From contig NC_009954.1 of assembly GCF_000018305.1 (NCBI RefSeq), positions 810,001-842,000 of the forward strand: a stretch of 32,000 nt of DNA, written 5' to 3'. Below, piece by piece: positions 17,265-22,886 of this stretch; position 1 is the first letter of the stretch; the number at the start of each line of letters is the position of its first letter. The position numbers were made by a program, and so were the translations under genes. The notes under the pieces were generated by a model, which was not told the origin of the DNA, searched no databases, and saw nothing but the letters and a program-made list of their open reading frames with translations. Source of the DNA: Caldivirga maquilingensis IC-167 (GTDB lineage Archaea > Thermoproteota > Thermoprotei > Thermoproteales > Thermocladiaceae).

Positions 17265-18300
17265 GTACTTAACCCCTGGCCCAGTTCAACTACCGCAAAG
17301 GATTATTGAGGCTTATGCTAAGCAACCAATGTTTCATAGGGGTAAGGAATTCAGTGAACTGTACGGTGATGTAGTTAACCAGTTGAGTAGAGTATTCAGG
17401 GGCTATACTGTAAGTATACTGCCTGGCACCGGTACATTTGCCGTTGATGTAATGATCTATAACTTCATTAAGCCAGGTGATGAAGTGCTGGTTCCCATTA
17501 ATGGTGAATTCGGGGAGAGGCTTGCTCAATCAGTGGAGTCAAGGGGTGCTGTGGTTAAGAGGATTTACACTGAACCAGGTGAGTCAATATGTGATCATAT
17601 TGATGAATTGAACGTTAAGGTTAAGGCAGTAGCCATGGTTCATAATGAGACAAGCATGGGGGTTGCGAACAGGTGCATTAGTGACATAGCTAAGTTAATT
17701 CACGATAATGGTGGAGTACTGCTTATTGATAGTGTTTCAGGTGTTCCAGCCGAGCCACTCAATAATGATGCTGATGCAGTAGCCACAGCAACCCATAAGG
17801 CGCTGCTAGCCCCACCGGGAGGTTCAATAGTGGCCTTTAAGGACGCCGGCTTAATCACAAATTACCCTAAGCCGCCTTCAATGGATCTCGGTAATTACCT
17901 TAAGTACAGTGCAAGGCTGGAAACACCCTACACGCCCCCAATTAATGTTCTTTACGCGCTTAGGGAATCATTAAGGTATATACTTGATGAAGTCGGTTTA
18001 GAGAAGTATGTGGCGATGCATGATGAGAGAATAAGGCTACTCTACGATGAACTCAGTAACATAGGCTTTAAGCCAGTTCCCATTAACCCCAATGATAGGA
18101 GTAGAACAGTAACAGCATTCTATAGTCCCATTAATCCAGCTAAGGTTACTGATTACCTTAGGCAGAATGGGTACGTAATAAGCGGTGGCATGTGGCGTAT
18201 AAGGGAGAGGAGTATAAGAATAGGGGTTATGGGTGATGTAACGTTAGATGACTTAAGGAGAGTAGTGACATTACTTAAGGCGTTAATTAATAAGAACTAA
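17257..18300 (+). CDS. Class V pyridoxal-phosphate aminotransferase (serine-pyruvate / phosphoserine aminotransferase-like)
   Basis: LTPGPV N-terminus, VHNETSMGV, DSVSG, ATATHKALLAPPGGS (PLP-Lys region). There is an 8-nt overlap (ATGGTTAA) with the upstream dehydrogenase, consistent with an operon. Confidence 0.85.
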   Translation: MVKYLTPGPVQLPQRIIEAYAKQPMFHRGKEFSELYGDVVNQLSRVFRGYTVSILPGTGTFAVDVMIYNFIKPGDEVLVPINGEFGERLAQSVESRGAVVKRIYTEPGESICDHIDELNVKVKAVAMVHNETSMGVANRCISDIAKLIHDNGGVLLIDSVSGVPAEPLNNDADAVATATHKALLAPPGGSIVAFKDAGLITNYPKPPSMDLGNYLKYSARLETPYTPPINVLYALRESLRYILDEVGLEKYVAMHDERIRLLYDELSNIGFKPVPINPNDRSRTVTAFYSPINPAKVTDYLRQNGYVISGGMWRIRERSIRIGVMGDVTLDDLRRVVTLLKALINKN

Positions 18301-18312
18301 GAATAATGGCAC

Positions 18313-19260
18313 CTAGTACCAGAAGGTTGAGTAAAATTGATGCTCGTTAGTGAATATTCCGCTTCTATAGGCATTGCACGCACTCCTTAATTGACATTTA
18401 CCGCAGTTAGGCTTATCACGAATACAGGTTGATCTACCCAGGTTCCATAGGTAATCATCTAGGGAGAAGGCGTCAACATGTGAATTCATTGATACTATTT
18501 TCCATGAATCCCTAATTAGGCTCCTTAGGTTAACATCATCATTAGGGGTGAAGGATATATTATTGTTAATCATGTTGATGAATCTTTGACTTAATTCAAC
18601 TAAGCCAAGCCTGATAGCAATCCTCGTTAAGTGATTATCAACAGCCACTTGAGCATTATTAACATCAGTGAACTTAATTATACCCCTACCGTGAATGAAC
18701 TTAGCCAATAAGTACGTCTTCTTCTCCACGGGATCGGTATAGGCGGTGAAGTTCCTCATTAATTCAATTAAGCCACCTGGGCCGAGTAACCTCCCACCAG
18801 TGGATCTTAATGCATTTAATGCGGAATTATTAAATAGTGAAGCTACCTTAACGCCTAAATCTGAAAGTAGAAATGCTCTAACGCCATAATCCCATACATC
18901 ACCTAGCCAATCCTTAACATCACTGGGCTTTAACTTAGCTAATCTACCGGGGGTGAAGAATGATGCATCATCCCTAAGCTTCTCAGCCCCAAGTCTCCAA
19001 AGTAAGTCTGAGCCAACGTACCTCTTACCGTCAATAGTGGCTTCAAAAGGATGCCCAGGTATGTTGAGCCTATGGTCTATAGCCACCATTGCCATGAAGT
19101 ACATGGCCTGTATCTCCAAGTCTAACTCAATTGGGGGGTAGTAGTCTGGGTTAACGTAATTATCCTGCGTTGGCCTTATATTACTGATTAAGTCGGCTAC
19201 TTCAATTGCCTTATCGTAATTTATCCAGCCCGCATCATTTCCCACGTAACTTATCTTCAT
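18313..19260 (-). CDS. Fe-S cluster-loop protein of the HhH-GPD/Qng1-like glycosylase superfamily (putative N-glycosylase, substrate unknown)
   Basis: C-terminal CIRDKPNCGKCQLRSAC has C-x6-C-x2-C-x5-C spacing, as in the EndoIII/MutY [4Fe-4S] loop. VAVDNHLTRIAIRLGLV resembles the EndoIII VDTHVxRVxxRLG helix. TATA-like box (rc of about 19283..19291) lies about 26 nt upstream. Confidence 0.65.
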   Translation of the reverse strand: MKISYVGNDAGWINYDKAIEVADLISNIRPTQDNYVNPDYYPPIELDLEIQAMYFMAMVAIDHRLNIPGHPFEATIDGKRYVGSDLLWRLGAEKLRDDASFFTPGRLAKLKPSDVKDWLGDVWDYGVRAFLLSDLGVKVASLFNNSALNALRSTGGRLLGPGGLIELMRNFTAYTDPVEKKTYLLAKFIHGRGIIKFTDVNNAQVAVDNHLTRIAIRLGLVELSQRFINMINNNISFTPNDDVNLRSLIRDSWKIVSMNSHVDAFSLDDYLWNLGRSTCIRDKPNCGKCQLRSACNAYRSGIFTNEHQFYSTFWY

Positions 19261-19388
19261 TCCTCAATCCTCACCCTATCCTTTCTTTAAAGAATTCCCC
19301 TGTGAATTAAACCCTAATGCAGCTTAACCTGTTACCCGCCATTAAACTGTGGTAAAAGGCTTATAGGAACCCTACCCTAAGCCTACGT

Positions 19389-20282
19389 GTGACTAGTGAA
19401 GGCAGGAGGATTGACTTACCTCATAAGTTCATGGAGTTATCGCCATCAGCTAGAATAATAACTAGTTACCTTCAGTTTGAGAACATGATTAACGGTAAGG
19501 AGTACGTAACCTTCAACGACATTGTTGAAAACACTGGTCTCAGTCAAAGGGCGGTGAGGGGTGCGTTAAGTGAGTTGAAGGCTAAGGGTATTATTGAGGT
19601 GATACTTGATGTATCAAGGGGGAGAAGATACTTATACAAGTTAATCCCAAGCAATATAACCATAGTGGAGGAGCAGGTTGAAAGCGGCCTATACCTAGTT
19701 GATGTTGGCGTAGGGTTACCATCAATGATGAGTTTTAGGGTTTATAGAGCAATTAGGGCATCAGCAATAGTCTACTACACATCCCACGTACCGCAGTCAT
19801 TCCTAGAGTACACTAAGTGCACCTGCGCCTCACTGCCACTGGAGGGTACTAAGCCGGAACAATTAGTTTTACTGATAGGTAAAGTAGTATCTTCAGGTGG
19901 AAGTATTGCAATAGTTTATGATCAATTATTGGACTGGGAATTACTGGAGCAGTACATTAAATTGATTAAGGAGTCAGGAATTGGCCCCATTAAGCCACTA
20001 TCCTCTGTCTCACCATTGACACTAGGTATTCAACTACTTATGAGTGGGTCCAATGAGACACTGGCCTTTAAGAGGGGTAATATTAGCATCAGGTTAATTA
20101 GAGTTAACCCAAATGATGAGGTTAAGAATGTTAATAAGAGTCTCCTGCTTAAGGTTTTTGAAATAAGGAGGATTAATGAGCTTATTGAAATTAGGCAATT
20201 AAGTAACCTTGATAACTTATCAAGCGACTACGAGAGGGTTATGGTTATTTATGAAGTGGTGCCTAAGTACCCTGTGGGTTAA
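19389..20282 (+). CDS. Fusion protein: N-terminal MarR-like wHTH + C-terminal degenerate tetrapyrrole (corrin/porphyrin) methylase-like domain
   Basis: wHTH: FNDIVENTGLSQRAVRGALSELKAKGIIEV. C-terminal domain: GLYLVDVGVGLPSMMSFRVYRAIRASAIVYY...GGSIAIVYDQLLD...GIGPIKPLSSVSPLTLGIQLL. This parallels the TP_methylase layout (LYLVGxGPGDpxLxTxxAxxxLxxADVVxY...VaxLxxGDPxxY...vexvPGvSSxxaaaaxxG), but the GPGD and GDP motifs are replaced. GTG start with the TATA-like GCTTATAGG about 28 nt upstream. Confidence 0.6.
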   Translation: MTSEGRRIDLPHKFMELSPSARIITSYLQFENMINGKEYVTFNDIVENTGLSQRAVRGALSELKAKGIIEVILDVSRGRRYLYKLIPSNITIVEEQVESGLYLVDVGVGLPSMMSFRVYRAIRASAIVYYTSHVPQSFLEYTKCTCASLPLEGTKPEQLVLLIGKVVSSGGSIAIVYDQLLDWELLEQYIKLIKESGIGPIKPLSSVSPLTLGIQLLMSGSNETLAFKRGNISIRLIRVNPNDEVKNVNKSLLLKVFEIRRINELIEIRQLSNLDNLSSDYERVMVIYEVVPKYPVG

Positions 20283-20686
20283 CTTCTCCAAGCCCTTCTC
20301 AAGCGTTCAGCGTACTGAATGGGTGTTTCTGGAATTGGTTTAGCGTTAAAGAAAACCTTAATGAAGCTGACATCACCACCCCACCTAGGAACTATATGGA
20401 AGGCAACATGTGGATAAGCGACTAATCCAATGTTAAGGCCCTGCGGATGATACACACTCCTTAAAGTAGCCTCAGCCCTCTTAACAAGCCTAAGAGCCTT
20501 ATACAATTCCTCAACACTTAATTCACTTAAGGATACATGCCTCCTAGGCACTATGACTATGTGCCCATTATTGAAGGGTTCATCATAAGCATAGATACCG
20601 TAGCCGCTCTCCTCCGCTATCAGTAATTCATTACTCAGGCTACAGTATCTGCATAGGGTCTTATACTCAACACCAGGTATTTTCAT
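20279..20686 (-). CDS. HIT (histidine triad) superfamily protein with a degenerate triad (H-V-A-F-H)
   Basis: CRYC Zn motif, GHIVIVPRRH, NIGLVAYPHVAFHIVPRWGGD. The start codon lies 7 nt after the tfb stop on the same strand. Confidence 0.85.
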   Translation of the reverse strand: MKIPGVEYKTLCRYCSLSNELLIAEESGYGIYAYDEPFNNGHIVIVPRRHVSLSELSVEELYKALRLVKRAEATLRSVYHPQGLNIGLVAYPHVAFHIVPRWGGDVSFIKVFFNAKPIPETPIQYAERLRRAWRS

Positions 20687-20693
20687 GAGTAAG

Positions 20694-21704
20694 TTACTTA
20701 ATCGGTATCTTTATGTTTAACTCCTTAGCAAGCTCCTTATACCTATTCCTAACAGTAACCTCAGTGACTTGGGCTGCTTGGGCAATCTCCTTCTGAGTCC
20801 TAACCTCACCCTTAAGTAATGACGCAATGTAGACGGCCGCTGCAGCTAAGCCGGCTGGGTCCTTACCAGCGGTTAAGCCCTTATCCTTAGCCTCCTCAAG
20901 AACCCTAATGGCCTCCTTAGCAATATCCCCTGGGAGTTTAAGTTGCTCAACTATCTTAGGTACATACTGCCTTGGGTCACTTAACGGTAACCTAATCCTA
21001 AGCTCCCTTGCAATTAACCTAAAGCACCTCGCAATCTCCTTCCTAGGCGCCCTAGTGTACTGTGAAATCTCATCAAGACTCCTAGGCATCCCCTGCATTC
21101 TACAGGCCATGTGTAGGCAGGCAGCTATAATAGCCTCAACGCTCCTACCCTTAACTAAGCCGCTCTTAAGGACCTGCTTATATACGGCTAGGGCCTCATC
21201 CATGCAGGACTTAGGGACACCTAACTGGTGGGCAATCCTATTTAACTCATGAGTGGCTTGAACAAGGTTCCTCTCGTAACTAGTCTGAACCCTAATCCTC
21301 TGCTGCCATTTCTTATACTTAAGAATCTCAAGCTTCTTCTTCAAATCAGGGGACTTTAAGGTTGTTTCAATCCTAGTTACAAGCTCCTCACTGGTAACCC
21401 TCTCCAATGGCCCACCAGTCCTAGCCCTATCCTCCTTCTCCTCCGGGGTGAATGCCCTCCACTCAGGCCCAGTGTCAAGAATATGCTCCATGAGTACGTA
21501 ACCGCAGGAGGCGCACACTATCTGTCCTCGCTCAGCATCCTCAATAAACACGGTGTTACCGCATATTGGGCACCTTAACTTCTGACCGCTCTGATCAACA
21601 AACTCCAGGTTATTGCCCTCCCTCCTAAATAATTTAAACTTCTGTATTATTAATTCCCTCCTGGTTTCATCCTGTTGGTTAGAACCCCCCTGTGTGGTGC
21701 TCAT
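20694..21704 (-). CDS. tfb: Transcription initiation factor B (TFIIB homolog)
   Basis: Zn ribbon CPICGNTVFIEDAERGQIVCASCG, two cyclin-fold repeats, C-terminal HTH (QKEIAQAAQVTEVTVRNRYKEL). The track start at 21740 overlaps the palindromic TATA box TTTATAAA (21740..21747). The ATG at 21704 is preceded by GGAAAGGAGATAAC (SD-like) and lies about 40 nt from the TATA box, so I prefer 21704. The maximal ORF is 20694..21740. Confidence 0.93.
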   Translation of the reverse strand: MSTTQGGSNQQDETRRELIIQKFKLFRREGNNLEFVDQSGQKLRCPICGNTVFIEDAERGQIVCASCGYVLMEHILDTGPEWRAFTPEEKEDRARTGGPLERVTSEELVTRIETTLKSPDLKKKLEILKYKKWQQRIRVQTSYERNLVQATHELNRIAHQLGVPKSCMDEALAVYKQVLKSGLVKGRSVEAIIAACLHMACRMQGMPRSLDEISQYTRAPRKEIARCFRLIARELRIRLPLSDPRQYVPKIVEQLKLPGDIAKEAIRVLEEAKDKGLTAGKDPAGLAAAAVYIASLLKGEVRTQKEIAQAAQVTEVTVRNRYKELAKELNIKIPIK

Positions 21705-21786
21705 GTTATCTCCTTTCCACCTAATTAAAATTTTACTCATTTATAAACTTTTCGCATAAAATAAACTACATTAACTTAAGTATTAT

Positions 21787-21899
21787 CCAACGTGATGACC
21801 GGGTGACCCATCCCCCTTCACAGGCCTGCCCATGCAGGTCTCCAGGGAAGTACGCTAAATACTAAAGCGCCGCGCTTTTAACCCTATCGGTATCATTGG
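21787..21899 (+). ncRNA. Candidate structured small RNA (class unknown)
   Basis: A GC-rich island sits in an otherwise AT-rich 217-nt spacer. A long-range closing helix pairs 21787-21804 with 21881-21899 (CCAA/TTGG, TGAT/ATCA, CC/GG, GGGT/ACCC). Internal hairpins are GGCCTGC-CCAT-GCAGGTC (21823..21840) and AAAGCG-CCG-CGCTTT (21864..21878, followed by a further T at 21879). Two G.U pairs only work on the + strand. The A/T box ATAAAATAAA (21756..21765) lies about 26 nt upstream. Confidence 0.3.
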
Positions 21900-21963
21900 T
21901 AAGGAAGCTCACAGTGTTTGTTCCATGCGTATTGTTTTTAAAGTAACTTAGTAAGTATTGTTA

Positions 21964-22203
21964 ATGGAGGTTATTGTAATTACGGCATCATGGGATGTTC
22001 ACCTCGGTTTCATCAAGTATCATTGTAGGCGATTGCTTAGAAAGGGTATACCCTGTGAAGTAACCATGATTAATAATAATGACGCCAAGGAATTATTAAT
22101 TAAATACGGTGTAAAGAACGGTATTATTAGAATACCCACAGTGCTTGTTTTAAGCAAGAATGGAGTTAATGTTATTGATGTTTACCAATTAAGAAGCCTC
22201 TAA
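21964..22203 (+). CDS. Small thioredoxin/glutaredoxin-fold-like protein lacking a CxxC motif (hypothetical)
   Basis: The track ORF starts at TTG 21958. The ATG at 21964 lies about 25 nt downstream of the TATA-like GTTTTTAAAG. The layout beta-strand (VIVITASW)...GIPCEVTMIN...IPTVLVLSKNG resembles glutaredoxin-like proteins, but the redox Cys pair is absent. Confidence 0.4.
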   Translation: MEVIVITASWDVHLGFIKYHCRRLLRKGIPCEVTMINNNDAKELLIKYGVKNGIIRIPTVLVLSKNGVNVIDVYQLRSL

Positions 22204-22260
22204 AATTATCTTAACCGACTGCAGAAAAACAATTAACCTCCACTGCCACTAAAGAGGCTA

Positions 22261-22752
22261 GTGAGTATGTTGAATAAGTATTTGAAAATAGGGTTTACCT
22301 TAGGGTTAGTAACAGTCTTCCTAGCCTTAATGCTTCTCCTAGGCCAATACAGCTTAATCCCAATAACACTTAATCATAATTGCTCAAGCTCATTAACAAT
22401 GAATATTACTGGTAATGTTTATTTGATTCTAAACAACACAGGGCTTATTAACGCATCATTAACTATGATTACTTACCAGAACATACCTCAAACCAACATA
22501 ACCGTACCACAGGAATATAATTTCACCATAACGCGTTTGAATTCAACAAGGTTAGTGTTCCTCGATATTAGGGGTATTGAGATTAATTGCAGTAGCTCCT
22601 ATTTATTCATAAACCTCTACGCCGTAAAGAGGCCATTATACTATTATCCAGCTTGGATACTGATGTTGTTTTCATTCCTAATCTCAATAGCATTAATTAT
22701 AATGGGGTACATTGAATTAATAGAAGCTAAAGTAGGTGATTTAAGGAGCTGA
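22261..22752 (+). CDS. Membrane glycoprotein-like hypothetical (N- and C-terminal TM helices, extracellular Asn-sequon-rich middle)
   Basis: TM1 is IGFTLGLVTVFLALMLLLG and the C-terminal TM is AWILMLFSFLISIALIIMGYI. Eight N-x-S/T sequons lie between them. GTG start; alternative ATG at 22267. Confidence 0.5.
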   Translation: MSMLNKYLKIGFTLGLVTVFLALMLLLGQYSLIPITLNHNCSSSLTMNITGNVYLILNNTGLINASLTMITYQNIPQTNITVPQEYNFTITRLNSTRLVFLDIRGIEINCSSSYLFINLYAVKRPLYYYPAWILMLFSFLISIALIIMGYIELIEAKVGDLRS

Positions 22753-22858
22753 CTTTAATTTAATATACTAGAATAAATTTATTTCACCATAAGGTAAATT
22801 ACTATGATTTATCATGATACTAGTAATGAATTACCGTAAAATAACTTGTGATAAAACT

Positions 22859-22866
22859 TATAAATA
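22859..22866 (+). promoter_or_regulatory. TATA box of the large binding-protein gene
   Basis: TTATAAAT is centred about 25 nt upstream of the ATG at 22887. Confidence 0.5.
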
Positions 22867-22886
22867 CCTAGTTAGCGGATAATCCC

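Noticed and set aside
21791-21797. C/D box sRNA interpretation of the GC-rich element (GUGAUGA C-box at its 5' end)
   Set aside because: No CUGA D or D' box occurs anywhere in 21798..21900 on that strand, and the element is about twice the usual archaeal C/D sRNA length. I kept it only as a generic structured-RNA candidate.
21787-21940. Minimal (type T) RNase P RNA, as known from Thermoproteaceae
   Set aside because: GGGAAGUACGC (21845..21855) vaguely recalls the CR-I GGAAAGUCC, and it could pair with GCGUAUU at about 21927. However, the ACAG of a would-be CR-V is not adjacent to that strand, the other conserved regions are not evident, and the span would run over the next gene's TATA box. 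The evidence is insufficient without a covariance-model search.
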